Source of the DNA: Patescibacteria group bacterium
GTDB taxonomy: Bacteria; Patescibacteriota; Patescibacteriia; UBA9934
DNA: 64,000 nucleotides
Assembly (NCBI GenBank): GCA_038064675.1
Contig: JBBTSM010000002.1
Coordinates: 145,852 to 209,851 of the forward strand
Direction of reading: 5' to 3'
The notes below the pieces were generated by a model. That model saw only the letters and a list, made by a program, of their open reading frames with translations, searched no databases and was not told the origin of the DNA. Shown in pieces: positions 46,544-56,934 of this stretch. The position numbers were made by a program, and so were the translations under genes. Within the stretch, counting starts at the first letter, position 1, and each line of letters starts with the position of its first letter.

Positions 46544-47668
46544 ATGAACAAGATCGCCGCACAACTCCGCGCCGCAAAAAATCGACCAGCTGCTGGTGGA
46601 TTTTCTGTTGACGCGCAGGCTGCGGCAAAACGATCATTGATGCTTGCGATTGGTGCGGACGTTTCAGTGCCATCGATCGAACCGGCAGTACATTTGAAAA
46701 CACGCTATATCCTTTGGTTGTCGCAATCTTTCATTTCACGTCCGGTCGCGATCGGTGTTGCGGGAATTGTTCTTTCGGTGAGCGGTTTGATGACCACGGT
46801 GAATGCGGCACAGCAGAGCTTGCCTGGCGACGCGTTGTATACGGTGAAGCTGATTAACGAGCGCGCGCAGCTTCAGCTTGCATCGCTCGACCGTAAGGCG
46901 GTGCTTCACACAGAGTTCGCTGAGACGCGTCTGAAGGAAGTTGCGAAGTTGCAGTCGGACACATCGGGTCGCGATACGAATCTTGTTGCACAAACTATCG
47001 ATGCCTACACGCAAGAAGTCGCGTCGGCGAATCAAAATCTTCGTGAACTTCAGGCGTCCGGCAACGCAACAACTGTTGCGACGGCGAGCGAGGTACAGCA
47101 GAACCTTGTCGCGCTCGATTCCACTATCACGAATTCTGTCGGTCCGGCTGCATCGTCAGCAGAGTCGGCTGCGGTTACATCGGCTCAAACCACAACGCAG
47201 GTCGCTCAAGACGACAGTGTTACGGTCGCGGTCGAGGCGCACAACGACGCGAATTCTGAACGATCTACGCGAGAGTTAAACGACATGTTCCTTCGTCAGT
47301 TTGCAGCGATCGGTACACGAAAAACATTCGACATACATCGTATCGCGGTGATTCGTGCATCGCTTCAGGCTCATGCGGATCTCCTCGGTGCGTCGGGAAT
47401 GATGACGGAGACTGATCTTCGTCGCCTTGAGCGAAGCATCAATATCGCTGTTGCGGATGTTGCTCCGGCGATGGACACCTTTGCGATGGGTGGATATCGA
47501 TCCGCATTCGACGTATTGAAGCATGCAGACACGGTGCTCAGGGGTATTGAGGCGACGCTCGCTGATGCGGAGACCGCTATCACTGCCGCGCTCATGCAAG
47601 CTCCGCCACCGGCTCCAGTCACCGATCCACAGTCCGCCGTTCCAGTGTCTGATCCTCTAGTACAATAG
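46544..47668 (+). CDS. DUF5667-domain membrane protein (putative anti-sigma factor)
   Basis: TM followed by SLPGDALYTVKL..E...A..RLKE; directly after the ECF sigma. Confidence 0.85.
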   Translation: MNKIAAQLRAAKNRPAAGGFSVDAQAAAKRSLMLAIGADVSVPSIEPAVHLKTRYILWLSQSFISRPVAIGVAGIVLSVSGLMTTVNAAQQSLPGDALYTVKLINERAQLQLASLDRKAVLHTEFAETRLKEVAKLQSDTSGRDTNLVAQTIDAYTQEVASANQNLRELQASGNATTVATASEVQQNLVALDSTITNSVGPAASSAESAAVTSAQTTTQVAQDDSVTVAVEAHNDANSERSTRELNDMFLRQFAAIGTRKTFDIHRIAVIRASLQAHADLLGASGMMTETDLRRLERSINIAVADVAPAMDTFAMGGYRSAFDVLKHADTVLRGIEATLADAETAITAALMQAPPPAPVTDPQSAVPVSDPLVQ

Positions 47669-47862
47669 GCCCCATCGTTCATATCGCATTTCCTTCAGCG
47701 CCGATCTCGTCCGGAGATCGGTGCACAAGGGATTGTGAAGACACAATTCCCGCACCCCGATATGCATTGTAGGAGAGCCCGCTCTCTTAAAGGTCGAGAC
47801 CGCACGGTCATGTATATCGGTAATCTTCTTCCCTATTTTGGGAAAAAAAGACTTCAGAAATT

Positions 47863-50800
47863 ATGACAAACGTTCTTCAAACTGGGAAACGTGCGTTGTC
47901 TGTAGCAGTCGCTGCAGCAACCATGCTCTTCTCTGTCGGTGCTGGCCTTTTGCAGCCTTCGGTTGCAGCAGCAGCATCTGCTGGAGACCTCATCAAGGGC
48001 ACCTCGCTCTCGACGGTCTACTACTACGGTTACGACGGGATGCGCTACACGTTCCCGAACGAAAAGACATACATGACGTGGTACTCGGATTTCTCCGGAG
48101 TTTCCACGATCTCTGACAGTGCGCTTGCGGATCTTTCTCTCGCAGGCAATGTCGTATACCGCCCAGGTTCGTACTGGATCAAGGTTCAGTCCGACGACAA
48201 GGTGTACGCAGTGTCCACGGATGGAAGCATCCACTGGATTGAATCTGAGACTGTTGCATCGAACTACGCTGGTTCCTCATGGGCTAGCCGCGTTCAGGAC
48301 GTTCCAGATGTCTTCTTCACAGACTACACCGTTGGTTCTTCGCTCATGACGGCAACCGCATTTGACGGCATGTTGTACATGGATGGCGGAAGCTACTACC
48401 TTTCTTGGAACGGTGCAAAGCGAATGGTCAGCTCTGCTGGTCGTTCGGCAAACGGTCTCCAGGCTGGATTCTTCCTTTCTGGTACCGGAATCGATGACAG
48501 CGACCTCGTTGCTGGCGACGATATCACTTCTGAAGTTAGCTCCGTTGTGGATGCTGCTCAGACCGTTTCCTCCGATGTTACTGCAACTGGCAGCGTGAGC
48601 GTTTCGCTCGCATCTTCCACTGCAGCTTCGACATCAATCCCAGATGCTGCATCTGGCGTGAATGTTGCAACGTTCAAGATGACAGCTGGTTCTTCAGCTG
48701 CTTCAGTTGACGTGATGAAAGTCTCTTTGATGGGTCTTTCTGCAACTTCGCACTTCACATCAAGTGGCGTGTACCTTTACGAAGGTAACGTTCGTTTGAC
48801 TGATGGAAAGAGCTTCAACTCTTCTACACGTCAGGCAACCTTCGGCTCCCTTGGTCTCGAGTTCGCAGCAGGCGAAACTCGTTACATCTCGGTGCTCGTG
48901 GATATGCTTGATGGATCAACGACTTCAACCTTCTCGGTTGGAATTGAAGGTTCTTCAGACGTGGAAGCAGGAGGATCGGTCTCTGGCTCGTTCCCAATTT
49001 CTGGAAACACCATGAGCATCGTCGACTCCGCGGTTGGTGGCGTAACGATCATCGATACTGGATCCCTCTCGAACCCAGTCATCGGTGAACAGAACGCAAC
49101 CATCAGCAAGTTCAAGTTGACGGCATCTTCAGTAGAAGATGTCACTCTTGAGCACATCACATTGAAAATTGATGACGAATCCGATCACAGCGACTTCCAG
49201 CTCTACCAGGGAACTACATGGTTGGCTGAAGGTTCGAGCATCGATAACAAGCTCGTGATGTTTGATCTTGGTTCAAACGCATTCTCTATCGAAAAGGGAT
49301 CTGATCGCACCTTCACGGTGACGGCAGACATCGGTGGAAACGCAGCTGACACCATCACAACTCACTTGGACAACGCTGCAGACCTTTACGTGACTGGTGA
49401 CGATTTCGGTTTCGGCGTCTCTGTGACTGACGCTGATTTCGACACCGCCGCAGAAGGTTCTACGGTAACAATTCAGGGCGGTGACTTGACGGCTTCTTTC
49501 AGCGGTCCTTCCGCTTCAGACGTCAGCAACACCACTCAGAACTTCTCTCTCTTTGAGGGAACATTGGTCGCAGAACGTGCAATGACCATCACTGCAATGC
49601 CAATGATCTTGACCATGGTCGAGACAAGCGGCGGAAATGACAGCACGCTTGAGCATGATCCAATTTCGGACATCCGAATTGTGAATGCTGACACCGGTGC
49701 ATTGTTGATGGGTCCTATCGACCTTTCTGAGACTGCAGACGGAGACTTGTCTGCAGACCTCGCATTCACCGATGACTTCGACATGGATGCTGGTGAAACC
49801 TTGAACTTCAAGGTTACTGCAGACATGGAGAGCACTGCAGACGCAACAGATACCTTCACCATAACCATGGATCTTACTTCCGGATTGGCGGCAGAAGACA
49901 TGGATGGCGATGCGATCACGAGCGTGATCCCAACAGCAAGCTTGGCGGGTAACGCACAGACTGTTGTCGCATCTGGCTTGACTGTTTCGTTGGCTTCAAC
50001 CCCAACAGGCACCAAGACATACGTTCGTGGTACTTCCGATGTGGTGTTCGCTTCCTTCAACTTTGCAGCAGCAAACGGCGGCGCAATTGAAGTAACCGAC
50101 TTCAGCCCATCGATCTACGTCGACCACAACGCAGGAGGAACATTCGCTGCAGGACAGGAGAGCACCACGCTTTCTACTGAGCGCATTACTTCTTGCTCGT
50201 TGTACGATGGAAGCACATTGGTTTCCGGACCAGAATCGATTGCATCCGCAACGACTGGAAAGGTGAACTTCAACGACTTCTCGTACTCAGTTTCTGCAGG
50301 AACCACCGAAACATTGAGCGTGCTCTGTAACTTGGCGAACATCGACCCAAGCACAGCTGACTACTTTGCGGCAACAGTCGTTGCAACATCGGATGTCACA
50401 GCATTGGACTCAGAAGGTGACTCCGCAACTGTGACTGGTTCGAGCATCAACACGACGCCAACGGTCATCATCAACGTGACGAACTCTGGTTCGCTCGCGG
50501 TGACCGCGGCATCTGACACCCCTTCTGCAGACTTCGTATTGTCTGGTTCTTCCAGCAACACTGTCTCGAAGTTCCGCTTCGACGCAACAAGCGAAGCATT
50601 CGTTGTCGATCGTTTGACGATCGAAGAGCAGCAGGCTGCCGCAGATACTGGTTCTGCAAACTCCACAGCGTACTCGAATAACGTGTCGCTCGTGACGGTT
50701 TCGTACCCAGATTCTACTGGCGCAACTCAGACTGCGACTGGTGCACTTACCAACAACGGTCTCACCTTGAACGGTCTTACCTTCTACGTTGCTAAGGATA

Positions 50801-51894
50801 GCCACGCTGAAGTGACCGTGAAGATCGACGTCCCAAGCACGGATCGCTCTGGCGGTTCGGCAACGTCGAACGAGCGCATTCGTATGGTTCTCGACGACGG
50901 CACTGGTGAACTCCGCGCAGTGGGTCAGGGCTCTGGCCAGACACTCGCTGATAGCGCAGTAACCACTGTTGACACCGCTGGAACCACCATGAACAAGTTC
51001 GTGGTTCGCGAAACCAAGCCAACCATCGCCTTGAACTCTGTGTCCCCATCGGGAAGCAACAAGACTCCAGGCAACCAGGAAACGCTTCGTTTCAACGTGA
51101 CCGCAGCATCTGGTGAGGATGTCATTCTCAAGAACGTCGTCTTCTCATTCAGCGCTTCGGACAACGGAGGCCCAACACTTTGGGACAACTGTGACACCGA
51201 CGTGACTGACGGATCGGAAATCCTCGCTTCTGGCGCAGACTTCCACATCTACAACATGAACAAGGAAGGCACCGCAACCGCATTGGACGCAGCAAACGAC
51301 TTCACCATCTTGAAGTCGACCGGCGCAGTGTGTGACGGAACGGATGCTGACGTTGCATTCATCAAGTTGTCGCTTACCACCGCGGAAGTTATTCCAGCTG
51401 GATCTACATATGCATACGCGTTGTACTTCAACTCGGATAGTGCTTCTTCGGTGAACAACGACTCCGTACAGATCGGTCTCGCATCGGATCCAATCACGGC
51501 CAGCTACATCGAAGTTGCTAACGCAACCAACGAAACAGCGATCGCGATCGCCGATACAACCATCGACGTTGACACTGGCGCAACCTACAATGTTGGCGAT
51601 GTCATCGCGTACGACGAAACTGATGGCGACGGCGGAGCCGCTCCATCGTCTTCTGAGCGCATCCTCGTGACGGGCATCTCGTCGAACACCCTTACGGTTG
51701 TTCGCGGATACCTTGGAACGACTCCTGTGGCTTACGCATCGTTGAGCAACACTGCCGACGATATGTACCGCCTCCCAGGTGCAATGCTCTGGCAGGATGA
51801 CGGTTCCACTGCTATTACTACCTCTAACCAGGAGTACTACGGTGCACACCTCGTCGATAGCCTTCCAATCACTGGAAACAGCATCTCGTTCTAA
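47863..51894 (+). CDS. Large secreted S-layer-like surface protein
   Basis: Signal peptide, AGDLIKG..STVYY...RYTFPNEKTYMTWY N-terminal repeat, S/T/A/D-rich beta-sandwich-like body, 1343 aa. Confidence 0.8.
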   Translation: MTNVLQTGKRALSVAVAAATMLFSVGAGLLQPSVAAAASAGDLIKGTSLSTVYYYGYDGMRYTFPNEKTYMTWYSDFSGVSTISDSALADLSLAGNVVYRPGSYWIKVQSDDKVYAVSTDGSIHWIESETVASNYAGSSWASRVQDVPDVFFTDYTVGSSLMTATAFDGMLYMDGGSYYLSWNGAKRMVSSAGRSANGLQAGFFLSGTGIDDSDLVAGDDITSEVSSVVDAAQTVSSDVTATGSVSVSLASSTAASTSIPDAASGVNVATFKMTAGSSAASVDVMKVSLMGLSATSHFTSSGVYLYEGNVRLTDGKSFNSSTRQATFGSLGLEFAAGETRYISVLVDMLDGSTTSTFSVGIEGSSDVEAGGSVSGSFPISGNTMSIVDSAVGGVTIIDTGSLSNPVIGEQNATISKFKLTASSVEDVTLEHITLKIDDESDHSDFQLYQGTTWLAEGSSIDNKLVMFDLGSNAFSIEKGSDRTFTVTADIGGNAADTITTHLDNAADLYVTGDDFGFGVSVTDADFDTAAEGSTVTIQGGDLTASFSGPSASDVSNTTQNFSLFEGTLVAERAMTITAMPMILTMVETSGGNDSTLEHDPISDIRIVNADTGALLMGPIDLSETADGDLSADLAFTDDFDMDAGETLNFKVTADMESTADATDTFTITMDLTSGLAAEDMDGDAITSVIPTASLAGNAQTVVASGLTVSLASTPTGTKTYVRGTSDVVFASFNFAAANGGAIEVTDFSPSIYVDHNAGGTFAAGQESTTLSTERITSCSLYDGSTLVSGPESIASATTGKVNFNDFSYSVSAGTTETLSVLCNLANIDPSTADYFAATVVATSDVTALDSEGDSATVTGSSINTTPTVIINVTNSGSLAVTAASDTPSADFVLSGSSSNTVSKFRFDATSEAFVVDRLTIEEQQAAADTGSANSTAYSNNVSLVTVSYPDSTGATQTATGALTNNGLTLNGLTFYVAKDSHAEVTVKIDVPSTDRSGGSATSNERIRMVLDDGTGELRAVGQGSGQTLADSAVTTVDTAGTTMNKFVVRETKPTIALNSVSPSGSNKTPGNQETLRFNVTAASGEDVILKNVVFSFSASDNGGPTLWDNCDTDVTDGSEILASGADFHIYNMNKEGTATALDAANDFTILKSTGAVCDGTDADVAFIKLSLTTAEVIPAGSTYAYALYFNSDSASSVNNDSVQIGLASDPITASYIEVANATNETAIAIADTTIDVDTGATYNVGDVIAYDETDGDGGAAPSSSERILVTGISSNTLTVVRGYLGTTPVAYASLSNTADDMYRLPGAMLWQDDGSTAITTSNQEYYGAHLVDSLPITGNSISF

Positions 51895-51926
51895 CGAACG
51901 CGTGCGTTTTACAGCAATTGGTTAGG

Positions 51927-51961
51927 AACCAAGCCCCCGCAGCAATGCGGGGGTTTTGGTT
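51927..51961 (+). terminator. Intrinsic terminator
   Basis: aaccaagcccccgca-gcaa-tgcgggggttttggtt. Confidence 0.8.
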
Positions 51962-51997
51962 GCTCACTTTGGTGAATTCCGATATTCTTCTTCTCAT

Positions 51998-52708
51998 ATG
52001 ATGAACCGTTTTACTCGGAAGCAGGTGGTTCTTGGCGTATCTATTCTCGTGGTGCTGCTTGTTGCTGGATACGTTTTTTGGCAAAAGGAGGGCAGAAAGC
52101 TGGTTGATCCGTACTACGGACTTGTAACGTCGATTGATGTGCAGATGGAGGATTCAACTCGTGTGTTGCTCCAGCAGCGTTTGGCCACCGCACAGGCGTC
52201 GTTGTCGTCGCAGATCTCGTCTGGTGCTGATGTCGATAAACAGCTCTATCTCGTCATTGCCGAGAACGAGAAAATGCTCGGCGATTTGGTTGCATCACGA
52301 AAAATGTACGAAACATATCTTGATGTAATGCCAACATCGTACGTCGCGTGGAATTCGTATGCAGTGCTCTTGGAGATGATGAAGGATTATCCAATGGCAG
52401 AAACAGGATACAAGAAGTCGCTCGAACTTTTGAAGACGGAAGAATACTATCGAGACTACGTTGAATTCCTCAAGCTGCATTATCCAGATCGTCGCGACGA
52501 CGTGAAGGTGTTGCTAGACGACGCGTATAAGAACTTGCTTCAAACGCCGTGGACCATGACTGCGCTTGGTGATTGGTTTTTCGAGACTGGGGATTGCGAT
52601 CAAGGCAAGGCGCATTACGATGTCGCAATATCCATTACATCGCAGGACACCGCAACATTAAAGCAGGATCAGCAAGAAAAACTCGCCACGTGCGAAGCGC
52701 CTCGATAA
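51998..52708 (+). CDS. Membrane-anchored TPR protein
   Basis: N-terminal TM; TPR-like AWNSYAVLLE....AETGYKKSLEL. Confidence 0.75.
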   Translation: MMNRFTRKQVVLGVSILVVLLVAGYVFWQKEGRKLVDPYYGLVTSIDVQMEDSTRVLLQQRLATAQASLSSQISSGADVDKQLYLVIAENEKMLGDLVASRKMYETYLDVMPTSYVAWNSYAVLLEMMKDYPMAETGYKKSLELLKTEEYYRDYVEFLKLHYPDRRDDVKVLLDDAYKNLLQTPWTMTALGDWFFETGDCDQGKAHYDVAISITSQDTATLKQDQQEKLATCEAPR

Positions 52709-52780
52709 ATAGGAAAGAACGGTGTCTGTGGGTACCGTTCTTTTGTTTCCAAACTGCGCGTGGGATAATCGCACTACTCT

Positions 52781-54868
52781 ATGCGATATCGCTTTTTTTC
52801 GCGTGCCATTATTGCTGCAGCTTCCGCTGCGCTTATCCCATCGCTCGTTCTTGCGCAAACACCCAATGATCCTCGGTATGCGGAACAGCAGTGGTACCTG
52901 GACGCCATTCACGCCCCAGCAGCGTGGGATGTAACAACAGGATCATCTTCGGTCATCGTCGCGGTGCTTGATACCGGGCTCGATCTCACGCATGAAGATA
53001 TCGCCGACAATCTTTGGGTAAACACCAAAGAAATTTTCGGCAACGATATCGACGACGACGCAAATGGTTTTGTGGACGACGTGAACGGCTGGGACTTTAT
53101 TGACGGCGATAACGACCCTTCGCCGAGTCCTGTGGCAGGATCATCGGAGGACGCAATCTCGCACGGAACGCTTATCGCTGGAGAAATTGGCGCAGTTGGC
53201 GACAATCATCTTGGTATTTCTGGCGTGAATTGGTCGGTGAAAATTATGCCGGTGCGCATGTTGGATGATCAGGGTGGTGGAACGGAGTACGACGCCGCGA
53301 ATGCTATTCGATACGCCGTACGAAATGGTGCGAAGGTGATTAACTTGAGCTTTGCAGGGAATGAGGCACACGCAGCCCTGCAGAGTGCGGTAAAAGATGC
53401 GTTTACGAAAGGTGTGGTGATTGTTGCAGCAATGGGGAACGACGCTCGCGACACGAACGCGAATCCTGTGTATCCAGCGTGTCTGCGAACAACGGATGAG
53501 GATTGGGTGATTGGCGTTACCGCGATTGATGAGACGGATCGCGGCGCGTCGTTTACGAACTACGGAACGATTTGTGCCGACGTTGCCGCGCCAGGAACGA
53601 ACGTGTATGGATTGGCGTATCACAACGTCAGTGCAGGGTACGCGGATCTCTATCAGGGGGGATGGAGCGGAACATCGATGGCATCGCCGCTTGTTGCCGG
53701 TGCGGCGGCATTACTTTTCTCTCGATTCCCAAGTCTTTCCGCGGCCAACGTACGGAATATTCTGAAGCTTTCGGTGGATCCGGTGAATATTACTGGATTT
53801 ACCTCCGGTCAACTTGGTGCGGGTCGCCTGAACATCGATCGTGCGCTTGCGATGGCGTCCTCATATGCTCCGGCGGTCACCGTTGATACATCAGCTCCTA
53901 CGGCGTCCGAACCATCGACTACAGGATCTGAACCCGCAAAATCCGACGTCGCAACGGGATCTGATGATGTACTGCGGTATTCGTTCGCTGTTTTTGGTGC
54001 GCCGTCTGGCGTTGCGCCGGAAGTTGACGTTCGGCGAGCGGATGGGTCGGAATATGCAAGATTTGCTGCATACTCTAGCAATTTCCGTGGGGGAGTCCAT
54101 GTCGCAACGATCAATAATGATCACGATGGAATTCCAGAAATTGTCACCGGGGCCGGGGAGTCCGGCGGCCCGCATGTTCGAGTCTTTAAAGCCTTTGGAT
54201 CAGTAGACCATGAATTTTTTGCCTACGACAAAGCATCGAGTCACGGCGTTTCCGTTGCAGTTGGAGATATCAATGGCGACGGCGAAGACGACATCGTTAC
54301 CGCTGTGGGAGAGGGCGTGAGCCAGGATATTGTTACGTGGAGTGAAGGTGGGGAAGAGATTTTCCGATTCCCAGCGTCGGTGTTTCCTGTGGCCTCGGCG
54401 CTTTCTGTTTCAACCGCCGATATCGATGAGGATCCTGCGGACGAAGTTGTGGTCAGCGGTCTTATCGATGGCGTCATTCATGTCGCCGTTTACGACAACG
54501 ATGGAAGATATCTTGTGGACTTTGTTCCATTCCCGAGCGCGGCCGCGGTCAGTGTATCGGCAGGCGATCGCGACGGCAATCTTATCGACGACATCTTTGT
54601 GAGCAACTTGTCTTCGGGCAACACGGTGAATGTTGTGCGAACGATCGGTTCGCTTGTTGGAGTGTTCACGCTTCAGGACCAGGCGCCTTCTGGAACGGCA
54701 ACAGTCGGCACGGATCTCGATCTTGATGGCTGGGATGATATGATGACGATGGAAAACGTTGATGCTGGCTTAGTCACGCTAACGGTATCTGACGGGAAAA
54801 CCGTTCTTGGGTCGTGGCATGCGCCAACATTTGGGTCAACTTCCGGCGCGTTCTTTGCGGGATGGTAG
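52781..54868 (+). CDS. S8 subtilisin-like peptidase with C-terminal FG-GAP repeats
   Basis: VAVLDTG, HGTLIAG, SGTSMASP triad; GDINGDGEDDIVT repeats. Confidence 0.95.
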   Translation: MRYRFFSRAIIAAASAALIPSLVLAQTPNDPRYAEQQWYLDAIHAPAAWDVTTGSSSVIVAVLDTGLDLTHEDIADNLWVNTKEIFGNDIDDDANGFVDDVNGWDFIDGDNDPSPSPVAGSSEDAISHGTLIAGEIGAVGDNHLGISGVNWSVKIMPVRMLDDQGGGTEYDAANAIRYAVRNGAKVINLSFAGNEAHAALQSAVKDAFTKGVVIVAAMGNDARDTNANPVYPACLRTTDEDWVIGVTAIDETDRGASFTNYGTICADVAAPGTNVYGLAYHNVSAGYADLYQGGWSGTSMASPLVAGAAALLFSRFPSLSAANVRNILKLSVDPVNITGFTSGQLGAGRLNIDRALAMASSYAPAVTVDTSAPTASEPSTTGSEPAKSDVATGSDDVLRYSFAVFGAPSGVAPEVDVRRADGSEYARFAAYSSNFRGGVHVATINNDHDGIPEIVTGAGESGGPHVRVFKAFGSVDHEFFAYDKASSHGVSVAVGDINGDGEDDIVTAVGEGVSQDIVTWSEGGEEIFRFPASVFPVASALSVSTADIDEDPADEVVVSGLIDGVIHVAVYDNDGRYLVDFVPFPSAAAVSVSAGDRDGNLIDDIFVSNLSSGNTVNVVRTIGSLVGVFTLQDQAPSGTATVGTDLDLDGWDDMMTMENVDAGLVTLTVSDGKTVLGSWHAPTFGSTSGAFFAGW

Positions 54869-54884
54869 CCTCTTACTTTCTTCT

Positions 54885-55895
54885 ATGTCGCTCGAACAAA
54901 AAACATCAGTAGTCACGGGAGGTGCGGGATTCATTGGTTCATTTTTGTGTGAGGCATTGTTGCGAGAAGGGAACCGGGTGATTTGTATCGATAACTTTTC
55001 CACCGGGCATGTTCGAAATATTGAAGGACTTCTTCGGAATCCTGATTTTCAGTTTCTGCGCATCGATGTGAATGACGCGTTCGATCTTGGATCGTTTGCC
55101 GAGCTTGAACCGTTTAAGGTGAAGTTTATCGGTGTGCATGAGATCTATCACCTTGCGATGCCAACAATTTCTAAAGGATTTGAAGAGTTCCGTATTCCAA
55201 CGCTCCTTACGAATAGCGTTGGTACACGAAACATGCTCGATATTGCTGTAAAATATAAGGCGAAGTTTTTGCTTGCGTCGAGCGCGGTGATTTACGGAAA
55301 TCGCATCGCCGACACCAAACTGTTCAACGAAGACTACCTCGGAATCGTGAACCACCTTACACCGCGTGCTGCGTATAACGAAGGGAAGCGATTTGCGGAA
55401 ACCATGGTGACGACGTACGCAAGTGTTCATCACTTGGATGCAAAGATCGCGCGAATCTTCCGGACGTTTGGCCCACGAATGCCATTGTTCCAGGGGCACC
55501 AAATTCCAGATTTTGTGCTTTCTGCGCTCGACAATAAGCCGCTCGCTATTTCCGGTGACGAATCGACGACGACGGCGTTGATTTATGTGTCCGATGTTGT
55601 GGATGCGTTGATTCGATTAATGCGCGCTGAACCAAGTGTTGGTCCGGTGAATATCGGAAGCGATGTTGAGCTGCCAATGCGCGACGTTGCATCCAGCATT
55701 ATTAAGCTTGCTGAAAGTACATCGGAAGTGGTGTACGAACCTGCTCCACCGTTTTTGACGCAGATGGGCCTTCCGGATCTTACGAAAGCTCGGAATCAGC
55801 TCAGCTGGATCCCTCTGGTCCGTTTAGAGGACGGTTTGGCAAAAACAATTGACTACGTTCGTGCGAATAAGCTTCTCTTGACGAACGGGGACTAG
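54885..55895 (+). CDS. NAD-dependent epimerase/dehydratase, UDP-glucuronate decarboxylase-like
   Basis: VTGGAGFIGS, IYHLA, YNEGKRFAE, ARIFRTFGPRM. Confidence 0.9.
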   Translation: MSLEQKTSVVTGGAGFIGSFLCEALLREGNRVICIDNFSTGHVRNIEGLLRNPDFQFLRIDVNDAFDLGSFAELEPFKVKFIGVHEIYHLAMPTISKGFEEFRIPTLLTNSVGTRNMLDIAVKYKAKFLLASSAVIYGNRIADTKLFNEDYLGIVNHLTPRAAYNEGKRFAETMVTTYASVHHLDAKIARIFRTFGPRMPLFQGHQIPDFVLSALDNKPLAISGDESTTTALIYVSDVVDALIRLMRAEPSVGPVNIGSDVELPMRDVASSIIKLAESTSEVVYEPAPPFLTQMGLPDLTKARNQLSWIPLVRLEDGLAKTIDYVRANKLLLTNGD

Positions 55896-55925
55896 GCCGC
55901 CACTATAGGCTAAAAGTAATGAATT

Positions 55926-56603
55926 ATGCGTATTGTCGCCGTGGTTCCAGCGTATAACGAAGGGAAGAGAGTCGTCGCGGCAATCGCTGATGCGAAACAG
56001 TTTGTTGATCACGTCGTCGTCGTTGACGATTGTTCGAGTGACGATACTGGTGCTGCAGCAAAAAGCGCTGGAGCGATTGTTCTTCGCCATATCATCAACC
56101 GCGGGCAAGGCGCGGCATTACAGACGGGAACAGACTACGCAATCAAAACACTCATCGCGGACGTTGTCGTTCATTTTGACGCGGATGGTCAGATGCGTGG
56201 CGACGAAATTCCGATGATGATCGCACCAATTGCAAGCGGCGAAGCAGACATCGTTCTCGGCTCGCGCTTCCTCGGCAAGCAGGCGCTCAATATGCCAATG
56301 ATGCGCAAGGTGATGATCCGTTTTGGAACGTTGTTTACTATTTTGCTTTCTGGAATTCGTGTTACCGATACGCACAATGGTTTCCGTGCGCTTTCACGCA
56401 AAGCGGCAATAGAGATGCGCATTACACTCGACCGCATGGCGCATGCGTCGGAAATTCTCGACCTCGTCAAAACAAAACGTTTGCGATATGTGGAGCGTCC
56501 GGTAACGATTTCGTACTCCGCGGAAACGCTGCAGAAGGGCCAGTCCACGGTGAAGGCGATGCTTACCGCGAAGGACATCATTAAGAAAAAAATTGTTGGC
56601 TAA
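55926..56603 (+). CDS. Glycosyltransferase family 2 (DPM-synthase-like)
   Basis: VPAYNE, VDDCSSDDT, NRGQGAAL, FDADGQ, TDTHNGFR. Confidence 0.94.
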   Translation: MRIVAVVPAYNEGKRVVAAIADAKQFVDHVVVVDDCSSDDTGAAAKSAGAIVLRHIINRGQGAALQTGTDYAIKTLIADVVVHFDADGQMRGDEIPMMIAPIASGEADIVLGSRFLGKQALNMPMMRKVMIRFGTLFTILLSGIRVTDTHNGFRALSRKAAIEMRITLDRMAHASEILDLVKTKRLRYVERPVTISYSAETLQKGQSTVKAMLTAKDIIKKKIVG

Positions 56604-56604
56604 T

Positions 56605-56934
56605 ATGGTGTTTAAGATTTTTTTGATCGTGTTCTCGTTGTACGCCATTGCTCGTGCAAAGAAGCAGTACGAAAAGCGTGAGGCCTCGTGGTACTGGGCG
56701 GTGGTGTGGTCGTTCATGTGGGTGGTGGTGATTGCGGTTGCGCTCATGCCGCAGGCAACGGATGCGGTGGCTGCATTTGCTGGTGTTGGTCGTGGCGCAG
56801 ATTTGTTGGTGTATCTTGCGGTGATTTTCTTGTTGTACGCAACCTATCGCTCCATGGTGCATCAGCAAAAGATGAGCGAAGACATTACCGAATTGGTTCG
56901 CAAGATTGCTGTTGATCGACCGGAACGTCCGTAA
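56605..56934 (+). CDS. DUF2304 family membrane protein
   Basis: GVGRGADLLVYL...ITELVRKIA; follows the GT2 gene. Confidence 0.88.
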   Translation: MVFKIFLIVFSLYAIARAKKQYEKREASWYWAVVWSFMWVVVIAVALMPQATDAVAAFAGVGRGADLLVYLAVIFLLYATYRSMVHQQKMSEDITELVRKIAVDRPERP

